Made by a program: the position numbers and the translations under genes. From Octopus vulgaris (lineage: Eukaryota), in contig OX597816.1 of the NCBI GenBank assembly GCA_951406725.2, positions 163,122,001 through 163,186,000 on the forward strand: a DNA stretch of 64,000 nucleotides, written 5' to 3'. Below, piece by piece: positions 26,208 to 39,661 of the stretch (the first letter of the stretch is position 1; every line of letters starts with the position of its first letter). The notes under the pieces were generated by a model. The model was not told the origin of the DNA, did not search any database, and worked only from the letters and a program-made list of their open reading frames with translations.

Positions 26208-26557
26208 CGTGCTAGACAATTGAGGGCACGCTATACAAGCTCGTCCGATCACTTTACTATTCGACCATGAAACTTAAAGTGGCTCACACATCTTGTGTTT
26301 CTTCAATGATGTGTATTAAAAATAACGTTAGGAAAGAAGTAGAATATTTATTCGGACTTCACGTTTTAAAGTTATTTAACTGTTGAAAATAACATTATAC
26401 GTTATTTACACTTGACAGTCATAGGATCATAAGTTATTTGCGAAAGCTATTTAATTTGTTTATAATTTTATCATTATATTTGTTTCGTGTAAAACGTTAG
26501 ATTACGTTGCGTGATAAAATTTGTAAATCATGTCATTCGGATTTATAATTGATATAC

Positions 26558-26845
26558 TTACTCTTTTACTCTTTTATTCGTTTCAGTCATCTGACTGAGG
26601 CCATGCTGGAGCACCGCCTTTAGTCGAGCAAATCAACCCCATGACTTATTCTTTCTAAGCCTAATACTTATCTATCGGTCTCTCTTGCAGAACCGCTAAC
26701 TTACGGGGACGTAAACACACCAGCTTCGGTTGTCAAGCGATGTTGGGGAGACAAAAACAGACACACAAATACTCTCTCTCTCTCTCTCTATCTCTCACAC
26801 ACACACACACATACACACACATATATATATATGCGACAGTTTCCG
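26558..26845 (-). mobile_element. SINE A 3' half
   Basis: (CTCTTTTA)n tail and body motifs. Confidence 0.85.
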
Positions 26846-26847
26846 TC

Positions 26848-27041
26848 AGTACATCGCGGTCCGCCTATCGCACCTTCAATACATCGCGGATTTTTCTAAC
26901 TAACATATGTAAATTTATATCGCGGACTCCTCAGTATATTGCAGCTTTCTTCGGCCGACAAGTATTTATGTTTCTTTAGCTTTTAATTTTTTCTGTGGGA
27001 GGTTTTGGAACGTATCTCCCGCGATAGTCGAGGGATTACTG
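26848..27041. mobile_element. pogo/Tigger-like MITE remnant, one end recognisable
   Basis: Ends CGAGGGATTACTG|TA with repeated ATCGCGG motifs; the other TIR is not seen. Confidence 0.5.
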
Positions 27042-27064
27042 TATATGTCTATCGAAAAAGTGAG

Positions 27065-27110
<46 letters not shown>

Positions 27111-28257
27111 ACAGAAAGATAATAAGGAAATGTAAAAGAATATAAATGATGGATTGAATGAAGACTGTAACATCTGGAGAGAATCCAGTGGAAGAATAGA
27201 TGAAATAAAAGCGAAGAATACAGAACGAAGACGATTTAATATAACACACACAATAAATAAACAAAACAGGCAAATAACGATTGAATAATGGAAATGGAAG
27301 GGAAAAAACGGAAGGGAGATGAACGAAGAGAGAGAGGAGTGAGAGAGAGGGGAGAGAAAGGGGAGAAGGAGAGAGAAATGGTATTTAAAGTGTGAAAATA
27401 GAATAAAGAAAAAGAAGAGGTAATAATAATAATAAAGAGACAAACAGACGATTCTTTCTGCATGGTGTTGACCATTGACTGGTAAGAGTGAATGAGCGAA
27501 TGAGCGAATGAGCAAATCTATTGTTTGTCGGATATTTATTTTTCATATATATATATGTTTTTTTTTTTTTTCGTTTTTTTTTTTTTTCCTTCCCACTTCA
27601 CTTGGCTGGAAATAGCAATTTAAAATTGGATATTAAAAGTAGCAGTTAGTCAGCTAAACAAAAGACAGTTACCCAAATATATCCGGACACGTTTTATGTC
27701 TTATTGTTATTATTTTTTTTTTTTTTCATTTATTTATTTTTTTCTTTTGGCAGGTTGAGACTCTTAAAGTTTCTTTGTGTAATCACGCATGCGTATCGTA
27801 TATTTGTGTGTGTGAGTGTGTGTTTTAACTTTCTTACAAATCTCCTAACTACTTTTGTTTTCACGTTAATGTCCATATCTGAAATTGAATTTCAATTTTC
27901 TGTTTTTTCCGATGTAGCTCTCGGTAGTTTAATCTATCTTTGCATAAACAATATGGGTTCCAGATTTTAGCCGAGAGGCCAGCAGTTTTAAATAAGGCAA
28001 GTCAGGTGATTGCATTCATCAGAGTATTTGACTGGAACTTTATTTTATCAATCCCGAAAGTATGACAATCCATGAACGATTTAGTCCAGTGGTTTTCAAC
28101 CAGGGTGCATATAGTTCTTCGGGGACCATGTAAATTTTTTAAATTTAAATTTACCTACAATAAATCGGTTCTAATTCTGGCCATACACATGATATTTTAA
28201 CAATCTCCTTATATAATGATAAGGGTAGTGCTTTTATATATATATATATATATATAT

Positions 28258-28661
28258 ACTCTTTACTCTTTTACTTGTTTTAGTCATTTGACTGCGGCCA
28301 TGCTGGAGTACCGCCTTTAGTCGAGCAAATCGACCCCGAGACTAATCCTTTGTAAGCCCAGTACTTATTCTATCGGTCTCTTTTGCCGAACCGCTAGGTG
28401 ACGGGGACGTAAACACACCAGCATCGGTTGTCAAGCAATGCTAGGGGGACAAACACAGACACACAAACATATACACACACACTTATATATATATATAGAT
28501 ATACGACAGGCTTCTTTCAGTTTCCGTCTACCAAGTCCACTCACAAGGCATTGGACAGCCCGGGGCCATAGCAGGAGACACTTGCCCAAGATGCCACGCA
28601 GTGGGACTGAACCCGGAACCATGTGGCTGGTTAGCAAGCTACTTACCACACAGCCACTCCT
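28258..28661 (-). mobile_element. SINE A, full length, inserted in (TA)n
   Basis: Highly similar to 14681-15104 and 52587-53055. Confidence 0.92.
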
Positions 28662-28894
28662 ATATATATATTTAAATTGTCCAAAATCACAGAGTGGAAG
28701 TAGGACGGAGAACGAGTAAGTGTAATATAAGTGAAGGGAGAGGAAGGAAAATAGTAATTCAGTACAGGAGAAGTAGTGAGAGTAATAGCCCTGACAGAGA
28801 GAAAGTAATAGAAATCGAGAAAGGAAGGGATGATAGATGAATAAAGAAGGAAAGGGTGAATATATATGTGTGTATGTAAAAGGAAGGTATGTGA

Positions 28895-28948
<54 letters not shown>

Positions 28949-29017
28949 AATAAAAGTGGGATGGTGAACATTCAACACTGAAAAGAAAAATCAAACAGCG
29001 TTTCAGCTCTGAGTATA

Positions 29018-29052
<35 letters not shown>

Positions 29053-29100
29053 TATGTACAAGGGAAATATGTGAATGTTTGTATCTGTGATTATTATGTA

Positions 29101-29161
29101 CCTTATTTATATATAAAATACTGCAATTAGCCGTCATTTTTGTCGGCACGGGGTCAGCTAG
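29101..29161 (+). mobile_element. Possible ~60-bp Helitron deletion derivative
   Basis: TTTATATATAAAA 5'-like motif joined to GC-rich GGCACGGGGTCAGCTAG|T; weak. Confidence 0.3.
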
Positions 29162-29206
29162 TCTTTTTTTTTTATAAAATTCCTAATAATTTTCGATTTT
29201 AAAAAA

Positions 29207-29412
29207 GGCAGCGAGCTGGCAGAAACGTTAGCGCGCCGTGCGAAACGCTTAGCAGTATTTCGTCTGTCTTTGCGTTCTAAGTTCAAATTCCGCCGTGGTT
29301 GACTTTGCATTTTGGGGTCGGTAAATTAAGTACCAGTTGCGTACCTGGGTCGATCTAATCGACTGGCTCCCTCCCACCAAATTTCGGACCTTGTACCTAG
29401 AGTAGAAAAGAA
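29207..29412 (+). mobile_element. SINE family B
   Basis: GGCAGCGAGCTGGCAGAA head, AGTTCAAATTCC B box, tail ending CCTAGAGTAGAAAAG. Confidence 0.88.
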
Positions 29413-29429
29413 TATTTAATTACAAAAAT

Positions 29430-29750
29430 GTTATTTCACTTGTTTGAGTCATTTGACTGATGCCATGCTAGAGCACCGGATTTTTAGTCGAACAATTCGA
29501 CCCAGGACTTATTCTTTGTAAGCCTAGTACTTATTCCATCGGTCACTTTTCGCGAAACGCTAAGTTACGGGGATGTAAACACACCAACATTGGTTGTCAA
29601 GCGATGGTGGTGGAACAAGCACAGACATACAAAACTACTTTTGTAAGTTTAGTACTTATTCTTTCGTTTATTTTTGCCAAACTGTTAAGTAACGGTAACG
29701 TAAACAAAACAATGCCGGTTGTCAAGCGGTGTGGAGAGGACAGACACAAC
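29430..29750 (-). mobile_element. Two SINE A 3' fragments
   Basis: AGTACTTATTC...GGTTGTCAAGCG occurs twice. Confidence 0.75.
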
Positions 29751-29762
29751 CTCAAAATGGAA

Positions 29763-30250
29763 CATACATACATACATACATACATACATACATACATACA
29801 TACATACATACGTACGTACATACATACATACATACATACATACATACATACATACATACATACATACATACATGCATACATACATACATACATACATACA
29901 TACATACATACATACATACATACATACATACGTACATACATACATACATGCATACATACATACATACATACATACATACATACGTACATACATACACACA
30001 TACATACATACATACATACATACATGCATACATACATACATACATACATACATACATACATACATACATACATACATACATACATACATACATACGTACA
30101 TACATACATACATACATACATACATACGTACATGCATACATACATACATACATACATACATACATACATACATACGTACATACATACATACATACATACA
30201 TACATACATACATACATACATACATACATACATACGTATGTACGTACATG
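29763..30250. repeat. (CATA)n microsatellite, ~490 bp
   Basis: Directly visible. Confidence 0.97.
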
Positions 30251-30520
30251 CACACACTCCAGTAACTGAAAGTAGTAAGAGGGTAACAAAACAGGTTTTA
30301 GAACGGTATTGAGTGTATTCAGAGGATTTACGCATGCGCCATGCCTATCGAGAAATTGGCGTAGCAGTACAGCCAACCTAATGATGAGCCATACCTCTGG
30401 GACCCGCTTCTCAAAAAGTTTACTCATGATTAGTTTACCGTAGAGCTCTAACCATAGGTACAATCATACAGACCCATAAACAGGTTATGGTTTCGTTCCC
30501 CGCTGGGTCGCCATGATACA

Positions 30521-31648
30521 CAGGCGTCTGTGCAAAAGTAGGTATACAGTTGCTTGAAAGGAGTAAAATGTTTCTTCTATTTTTCTATTTTCTTTTTTCT
30601 AAAGATAAGACTTCTATAATTATATGTTTTTTATAACTTTCTGTAATTGTTCCCAGTGTCAGATAATGATTACATTATTAAATTTGTTCAACGATATACA
30701 AAAGTGGATCATTAAGCAGTACTGGAAAACAGCGAATCTTTTCTACTCTAGGCACAATGCTCGAAATTTTGGGGGAGGGAGCCAGTCGATAAGATCGACT
30801 CCAGTATGCAATTGGTATTTAATTTATCGACACCGAAAGAATGAAAGGCAAAATTGACCTCGGCGGAATTTGAACTTAGAACGTAGCGGCAGACAACATA
30901 TCTATTTCTTTAATACCCACAAGGGGCTAAACACAGAGAGGACAAACAAGGACAGACAAACGGATTAAGTCAATTATATCGACCCCAGTGCGTAACTGGT
31001 ACTTATTTAATCGACCCCGAAAGGATAAAAGGCAAAGTCGACCTCGGCGGAATTTGAACTTAGAACGTAAAGACAGACGAAATTCCTATTTCTTTACTAC
31101 CTACAAGGGGCTATACACAAAAGGGCCAAACAAGGACAAACACACGGATTAAGTCGATATTATCGATCCCAGTGCGTGACTGGTATTTATTTAATCGACC
31201 CCGAAAAGATGAAAGGCAAAGTGGACCTCGGCGGAATTTGAACTCAGAACATAACGGCAGACGAAATACGGCTTACTCGCCGCCTTACTGGAAAATAAAG
31301 AATGAAGAAATAGTTAGACGGAAATGGACTGAAGAATTTCAAAGACCAGCTCCGTCAAGATTAACAGTTTACAGAATACGTGACAAATTTTAGCAAACTG
31401 GGTACATCTGCAATGCACAGAAACGTGGTCGACCGGTCAGTATTAGCACTGAATAAAATGAAATGCTGATAGCTCAAGCATTCACTTAAAGTCCGCAGAA
31501 ATCCCACCAAGGGGCTTTGAATGAACTAGGGATCTCCCGCAGATCCCTTTGTCGATTTATGAATCGCTGAGGTTTAAAAAAGAAAGAGAGAAATGAAAAC
31601 ATTTCTGCTCATACTAAGCAAATGTATACCTACTTTTGCACACGCCTG
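30521..31648 (+). mobile_element. Internally deleted Tc1/mariner-superfamily transposon split by a SINE B trimer
   Basis: TIRs CAGGCGTcTGTGCAAAAGTAGGTATACA and TGTATACCTACTTTTGCACACGCCTG|TA; decayed transposase N-terminus QKWIIKQYWK...VRRKWTEEFQRPAPSRLTVYRIRDKF*QTG...GRP...ELGISRRSL. Confidence 0.85.
30738..31285 (-). mobile_element. SINE B tandem trimer
   Basis: Three copies of GAAAGGCAAA..GACCTCGGCGGAATTTGAACT at ~185-bp period with one head; imperfect TSD TACTGGAAAA....GAAT at 30720 and 31286. Confidence 0.9.
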
Positions 31649-31885
31649 TATATATGTTTTTGCTATCATACCTGAATAAATACAGCCTGTGAAAAGCAGA
31701 ATATATATGCGTTCATTTTTGAGAAACTCTGAGTAGCGCTTCATGCAGACCAATTTTGGAATAAACATTATTCTACTTAAGTTAACAGAATTCAGTTCAT
31801 TTTTTCGCTTTATTGCAATTTGCGCCATAGTCAACATAGAAACCTATATATCACGTCTCTCGCTTACTCCACACACACCGCTGCA

Positions 31886-31933
<48 letters not shown>

Positions 31934-32508
31934 GGGAGAGTGAGAAGGAGAGAGGAAGAGATTGAGAGGGAGGGAAAGAGGAGAAAGAAATAGATACATA
32001 CATTTATACATACATTCATACACACAGACACACACATTAACGCAATGCAGCGTGAATGCAATGAAGCATTTCCGCGTGACCAAGTATGCGTGTTACTCAC
32101 CACGGGATATCTCAAATTTAACCATCGAGGATCTTGTATAATTTACATATGTGAGTATGTGTGTGTGATTGTGTGTGTATGTGTGTGCGCGCGCGTGCGT
32201 TTTATATGTGCGTGTTTGGTATATCTGTGTCGTACAATTTGTGAATGTTCACGTGGGATTATATTTTTTTGTCTTTTTGGTAAACTTTATATATTCAATT
32301 CATGGTCTTCTCTTTGTCCATATGTGCTTATAAATATATATACACATATACGCATATATATTTATCTCTCTCTCTCTCTCTCTCTCAATATGTATATATA
32401 TATATATATATATATATGCATATACAGATAGATATGTATATATACTTACACTATATACACATTATGCAAATATCTATCTACCTATCTATCTGTCTGTCTA
32501 TCTATCTA

Positions 32509-32582
<74 letters not shown>

Positions 32583-33452
32583 ATCACCCATTACACATAC
32601 ACTCACACACACATACGCACACACACATGTACACACACGCACACATATATATACGCATGTATGTATGTATGTATGTATATGTATAGTTGGTAAAATGTGT
32701 CCGCTCACACTTCCTTTTGATACATTGTATAGGTTTCTAGTCAAGCGGCAAAAATAATCCCCCACCCACAACCTCAACCACCAAAAAAACAAAGGCAAAT
32801 AACAATAATAAAATATAATAAAATAAAACGAGAAGGGAGACCAACTAATACAAACATACATAAAAATGTGAAAAATTATGAAAGAAAAAACGTAGCAGAA
32901 ATAAAAATGGGTTTTTCTACTAAACCATTTCAATGAATCTTTAATAGAACAATACAAAAATCTGATACAGATCTCATGAATGTAGGCCATATTATCGTAT
33001 TAATGATTCAGAAAGTTTAATATTAAGAGCAGAAAGACAACACGCGAGGGAAAGAGAACTGATATGAACCACATCCGACATTTAATATCGTGTGTTGTCC
33101 TCAAGGGAAAATGAAACAAGATCATCAGTAATATGAGTATAGTTCGGCACCTATATTGCAGTATAAAAGCCGCTCACTATGAAAAACTTCTGATCTGATC
33201 CCTATTGTTGTAAGATTCATTAGACAACAGAATAATCGTCGTCTTCTATTCGTCTTCTTCTTCTTCTTCTTCTTCTTCTTCTTCTGGTCGTCAATAACAA
33301 ATATGGCGGATATGGTTATGGATTTTATAGTCTATGGTCAAATATTCTATATATTGTATTTGCTATCGTTTACTTAGTTTGGTGGTGTGTTAATGATTCT
33401 GTGAGAAATCATACATGTACAAGTATATGTAAATCCACACGTGTATCTGTAA

Positions 33453-33520
<68 letters not shown>

Positions 33521-34049
33521 ACATACACACACATATATATATATACATATACATATACACACACAGATATAGATAGCTAAATATAGATTATAGATTTTAT
33601 ATATATATATATATATATATATGCTTACACACACACACAAACACATGCAAACACACACACATATTGATAATAAGGAGAACGAAGAATTTGAACATTCAAA
33701 CTTTGTATATTTCCAGTTAGTTCATTCATAATAAAAGTCCGACACGTGTTTCTATCGCACAACTAGAAATAGACATAAAGTTTGAATGTTCAAATTCTTT
33801 ATTCTCCTTCTTATAAATATTGTACTATACAATCTGTGTAGCAAAGAAATATACTGTATCATCAGATGGGAGATGAAGGAAGTTTACCATAAAACGCAAT
33901 ATCTGAAGGAACTAGCCTTCACATTTTACATAGAGAAATTCAGTATGCGCCTGGATATTACATCCCTCCTCTTATTTTATATATACATATACATACATAC
34001 ATATATATATATATACAAAAATTTATATATATATGTATGTATGTATATA

Positions 34050-35302
34050 TCAGGCCATCTTATAAATTCTGTCCGAATTTTGAATATCGAAAACAGGTGA
34101 TCAAATGTTATATCTAATTGAAATTTAATCATCAATGTACGTTCGCTGATTATCTATGACTTCCTTCCATCTATTTATAAGCTTTTTAATCCCATCAATG
34201 TAAAACTCTTTTGGTCTTTTGGTTTCAAAGCTAAGAACTCCGAAATGTCAGTTTCGACCTCTTTCTGGCTTGCCAAAGTTATGTCCCCCAAATGATTCTG
34301 TAAACTACGAAACAAATGGTAGTCTGAAGGAACAAGGTCGGAAGAATAAGGTGGATGAGAATTTTTTTCCCAACCAAGTTCTTCGATCTTCAGTGATGTG
34401 ATCTTTGCATGTGGGGTCACGCATTGTCTTTTTCGATTCACTAAAGCGGGTCTTTTCTTCTTCAAAGCTTGGTTCAAACGCTCTAATTGCAGACAGTAGA
34501 CTTGAGCATTGATTGTTGCATTAGGAGATAACAATTCAAAGTGAGTTACTCCTTTGCAATCCCACGAGATAGAGAGAAGAACCTTATTCTCATGAAATTC
34601 TCTTCTCGGTTGTGGTTGAGCGTTTTTCCCCTTTTACCAATCCACTGTTTACGACGTTTAGCATTTCGATAAAAGATCCATTTTTCGTCACCAGTCACAA
34701 GTCTATTCAAAAACGGTGATACGAGTTCGCGAGAGTGAATGAAGAGAAGAGCAGATGTCAACTCGGGATTTGCAGTTGCTTTCGGACAATTCATGAGGAA
34801 CCCATTTTCCAAGTTTAGGAACTTTTCCAAGTTGTTGAAGATAACGATAAAAGTTGCATAGTTTGAAGTAAGCCTTATTGTCAATTCTTCAACTGATAAT
34901 GCAGGATTTTCTTCAAGTAATGCCTCAAGGAGCTTATCATCAAACTCAACTGGACATCCTGTTCGATCTTCATCTTCAAGGCTGAAATCTCCACTTCTGA
35001 ATTTTGCAAACCATTTTCTTCAAGTTCTTTCATTCAAGCATTCTTTCCCATAAACTGAGTGTATGTTTCGAGTCGCATCGGCTGCAGAGTTTCCTTTTTT
35101 ATACTCATAAAACATTATGTGCCTGAAATGCTCTTTGGATACTTCCATGTTAGAAAGGGTTTTAATCAAAGAAATTTTGATCTTATTATTCTGTAAAATA
35201 ATATTTAATTACTTTAAATGTACACAAACGCATAAAAATAATTTTAAATTCCATTCAATTTTAAAAAAGGTAAAATCGGACAGAACTTATAGGATAACCT
35301 GA
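34050..35302 (-). mobile_element. Full-length mariner transposon, inactive
   Basis: ~30-bp TIRs TCAGGccATCtTATAAaTTCTGTCCGA and TCGGACAGAACTTATAGGATAACCTGA, TA flanks, 1253 bp. Confidence 0.93.
34125..35148 (-). pseudogene. Mariner DDD transposase pseudogene
   Basis: MEVSKEHFRHIMFYEYKKG...WFAKFRSGDFSLED...WVPHEL...VTGDEKW...HPPYSSDLVPSDYHLFRSLQ...RWKEVID, with stops and frameshifts. Confidence 0.92.
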
Positions 35303-36019
35303 TATATATATATATATATATATATATACACGCGCATATATAAAGATATCTACATATAATTACGTATGCATAGAGATATGAGCTGGTGCACGCGTACGAG
35401 TGTTTGCGTTTATGTGTGGGCGTGTGTATGAGCGTGTATATATATATATATATATATATATACTATGTATGTATGTAGATGCATACATATGCATACGCGC
35501 ACATGAATATTTACACGCACACAGACTCAAAAACACATGCACATACACACACGTGTTTTTATTAACATATTTATGCACTGAAATATTCACATGTGAATCT
35601 TTCTGCGTCTGCGTGTAACTGTATGTGTGTGTGTGTGACTATGTGTGTGTGTGTGCATGCATGTGTGTGCGCGTGTGTGTGTGTTTCTTAAAATAGGATC
35701 AGCTGCACTGAGATGCCTGAATAGTGATAAATGTGTGTCGAAAAGCAATGATAAAAAAATACAAAAACATTAAATACGTGGAGGGAGTGGAATGACAACT
35801 GCAGAAAGAGTTCTTCAAACAATAATTAGATATTCGAAACCATTTTTCTTTGATATGATACTGGATGGGTTATAGTATTTGTTTCACTGGAACCAATGAT
35901 TGGTAACCATTCTTTACGTATAGAACCGTTTGACTCCTACTTAACTCGCGTGGACCCTCGTAAACATTCGATGTTTATAAGGAACCTCATTTTATATTTC
36001 TAATTAAATACTATTAGGA

Positions 36020-36187
36020 TTGTATTCTTTTATTCTTCTATGTGTTTACTTGTTTCAGTCATTTGGCAGCGGCCATGCTGGAGCACCGCCTTTAGTCGAG
36101 CAAATTGACCCCCCAGAATGGGGACGTAAACGCACCAGCATCGTTGTCAATGTTGGGGGTACAAACGCACACACACACGCACACATT

Positions 36188-36231
<44 letters not shown>

Positions 36232-36820
36232 CACACGACTGCCTTGTTTTAGTTTGCCACTACCAAATCCACTGACAAGGCCTTGGTTGGCTGGAGGCTA
36301 TAATAGAAGATACTTGCCAAAGATCCCTCGCAGTGGGGCTGAACTCGGAACCATGTCGTTGGTAAACACACACACACACCTATGTAAAAAGAAAAACAAC
36401 AATATATTGTATTTCGTAGAAATGTAATCAATTTATTATCTTTTATCTTTTACTCGTTTCGGTTATTTGTTGTTAGACTGCGGCCATACTGGAGCACCGC
36501 ATTGAGGAATTTTAGTCGAGCGAATTGATTTCAGGACTTCTTTTTAAGACTTGTACTTATTCTATCGGGTTCTTTTGCTGAATCGCTAACTAACGGGATC
36601 ATAAGCACATCATCGTTGTTTGCCAATCGGTGGTGGGGAACACACATACACATATACATACACAAACACACATACACACATTCACACACGCACGCACGCA
36701 AACACACACACACATATATGACGGACTTCTTTCAGTTTCCCTCTACCAAATCTACTCACGAGGCTATAGTAGAACACATTTGCCCAAGGTCCAACGCATG
36801 TGGGATTGAAGCCAGAACCA
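36020..36820 (-). mobile_element. Two diverged SINE A copies
   Basis: GCGGCCAT.CTGGAGCACCGC and CTACCAAATC motifs each occur twice. Confidence 0.8.
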
Positions 36821-37511
36821 GAGCCGTTACAGTCTTGTATTGATTAGAATGCTACGCAGTATCTGCTGGTTCTATTCAGTTTTAGTTCGAATGCAACTTT
36901 CGTCAAATTTGTCTTCCATCATACAAAAAGGCACTAATACAGAGTTTTGGATTGGTAGAAGCGAAATGCCTTCTTCTGTCTGTTCTGGTCCCTTGAGTTC
37001 TGACAGTAACCCCTGTGACGAAACTTGTGCTTTGTAGCATCGGCTTCAAACATACAGACCATCATCCTAGATTAGTTGGCTTATCCCATATAGAAATTTA
37101 TGGCTTATCGTTTGATGAAATTTGAGCAGGTTTCGCTTGAAGGTGATGGGATCTTTGTCTTCTTTGATTTGTTTTGAGACAATGTTAAATAGAAACAGGG
37201 TCTGTTGAGGAAAAGAAATTGTGTTTCAATAAATTTATGTGTTATGATCTTTAATTGTGTAGGGGCCATATAGCACGTGGCCCCAGCCTTGGATGACATT
37301 CTGGATCTGATGTTAAGGTCGTTTGGGCAATGCTGGTGACATATTCTCGACATTGTGCAAATGATGTAGAGCTCACGACGGCGCTGAAGAGGACAAAGAT
37401 TCAGTGATTCTTTATACAGGCACACACACACATACACACACATACACAAGCATTTATATATACATGCACGAATACACACTCGTGCATATATGTGTGAATA
37501 TAAAGAGAAAA

Positions 37512-37741
37512 GGCGGCGAGCTGGCAGAATCGTTAGCACGCCGGGCGAAATGCTTAGCGGTATTTCGTCTGCCGTTACGTTCTGAGTTCAAATTCCGCCG
37601 AGGTCGACTTTGCCTTTCATCCTTTCAGGGTCGATAAATAAAGTACCAGTTTCGCAGTGGAGTCGATGTAATCGACTTAATCCCTTTATCTGTCCTTGTT
37701 TGTCCCCTCTATGTTTGGCCCCTTGTGGATAGTAAAGAAAT
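37512..37741 (+). mobile_element. SINE family B monomer, full length
   Basis: GGCGGCGAGCTGGCAGAATCG...GAGTTCAAATTCCGCCGAGGTCGACTTTGCCTTTCATCCTTTC...AGTAAAGAAAT. Confidence 0.92.
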
Positions 37742-38030
37742 GCATATTTAGATATCCAGAGATCAAGATATAGGCTATACAGACAAGGGTTGTGTGTGCA
37801 TGTATATTAGTTTAATACTTTTTTTTAAAAATTAAGTCTTTTCTAATTTCATGTATTTTATTTCAGAGTAAGGAGAATGTCAGTTTGACATAGACCAGTC
37901 AATCTGGAATTTAATACCGCTAAATCTGTTTGAACTTAAAAATATGAGAAAATATAAACTTTAGAGTAATGGATTTGGAATTGAAAATTAAAACCGTGTC
38001 CTATATGTATGTAATTATATAGGCATATAA

Positions 38031-38118
<88 letters not shown>

Positions 38119-38215
38119 ACATATATAAATACATACATATATATATACAAATATACACAGAGACACATATTTATATGTATGTTTATATGCATTTACATAT
38201 GTATACAACTCTCTA

Positions 38216-38288
<73 letters not shown>

Positions 38289-38293
38289 TAGAG

Positions 38294-38346
<53 letters not shown>

Positions 38347-38899
38347 TATTTCTCTCCGTTGTAACTGGAACTAGGAAGACGTGTTCTTGACTGTCTCCTT
38401 TCAAAGTTTGATTTACGCGTTCGCCACCACAACCTCATTTAGGCTTAGCAGCCCTTCCTGTTTGTTTTCACTGTCCTGTTTGTGTAACCTATTTTGGTAC
38501 ACCACAAAATCCCAAACTTGATTTAATTTACTTTACGGATGCAACTGTTTTATCGAAAGCGCATATTGTTAAATGCTCGAAATACGAGACTAGCGAAACA
38601 GCCAACAACTGATGAAGGGTCGTTCTTTATATTTGTTTTCCATTTGTATCTTTCGTTGTTCGAAAGAATAGTTCATGTTCCATGTACTGGTGCTTCGTAC
38701 TTTTTTGTTGTACACGTTTCATGACGTCCTGTGCCTACTTGTGCATATATATATACGTATCGATGTAAATATGTACATATACCTACGTACAATGCATATA
38801 TATATATTAATTATATTATTATTTGATTGAACGCCACGCATCCTCTTCAAGTAAGTTTTTATCTTAATAATTCTGATGCGCACTCTATACGATCTTTTT

Positions 38900-38972
38900 A
38901 CCCATCTAAGTACTAACTAGGCTCGACGTTGCTTAACTTCGGCGATCGGACGAGAATCGGTGCTTTCAACGT
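38900..38972 (-). pseudogene. 5S rRNA internal fragment (about nt 16-88)
   Basis: Minus strand ACGTTGAAAGCACCGATTCTCGTCCGATCGCCGAAGTTAAGCAACGTCGAGCCTAGTTAGTACTTAGATGGGT matches metazoan 5S rRNA including box A and part of box C; both ends are missing. Confidence 0.9.
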
Positions 38973-39259
38973 ACAAATTTAAAAGATGTCGTTTGAAAAA
39001 AAAGCTTAATGGACTGAATATCAAAGATCAGCGGAAACAAGACGATGGGGTATTTTTCGGTTATCTCACCCCCCATAAAAAGTTGGGATATCTGCCCCTG
39101 TTTTATGAAAAATATCGGTACTTTTGGTTATCTCCCTACCTACAGATATTGCTTAACCCTCAGTAAAACAAAATAAAAATAAAAATTTAAAAATTCAATA
39201 AATATGAAAACTGAAAAAATTAAACATTTTATTGAATCTGATAATATTTTTATAACAAA

Positions 39260-39661
39260 CTAGCAGTATCGCCCGGCGTTGCTCGGGTTTGTAAGGGAAA
39301 TAACTATATAAGCATTTTTAGATAGTTATAGCCAAAAAATAGCAAAATAAATGCATTAAAAATGGAAAAAACATGATAGTAAATTTTTTTTTAATCGTTG
39401 ACTCATCGTAGACATTTTTAGAGAGTTACTTCCCTTATATAATAGCGAAAAAAATGCATTAAAATGGAAAAAAATGATGGTAAATTATTTTTTAAATCGT
39501 AGACTCATCGTAGACGCGCGCTAAAACCCAGAAGGGCTCGATATGAATCACGACTATAAGATACCCGGTTTTGGTTAAACTGCACCGCGAAATGTGGGAG
39601 TAGTTAGGAATCTAAATCGAGGGAGACAGACAGCACACAACCTCACTTTTATATATAAAGA
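39260..39661 (-). mobile_element. Non-autonomous Helitron
   Basis: Close reverse complement of 13057-13450 with TC and hairpin-CTAG ends at an A/T junction. Confidence 0.9.

Noticed and set aside
28085-28140. hAT-like end CAGTGGTTTTCAACC, and similar lone ends near 5211, 11128, 11241 and 52126
   Set aside because: No partner TIR or TSD was found, so element boundaries cannot be supported.
29597-30463. Long YIHT/MYVC and IYLS repeat ORFs throughout the window
   Set aside because: Translations of (CATA)n, (CTAT)n and (TA)n.
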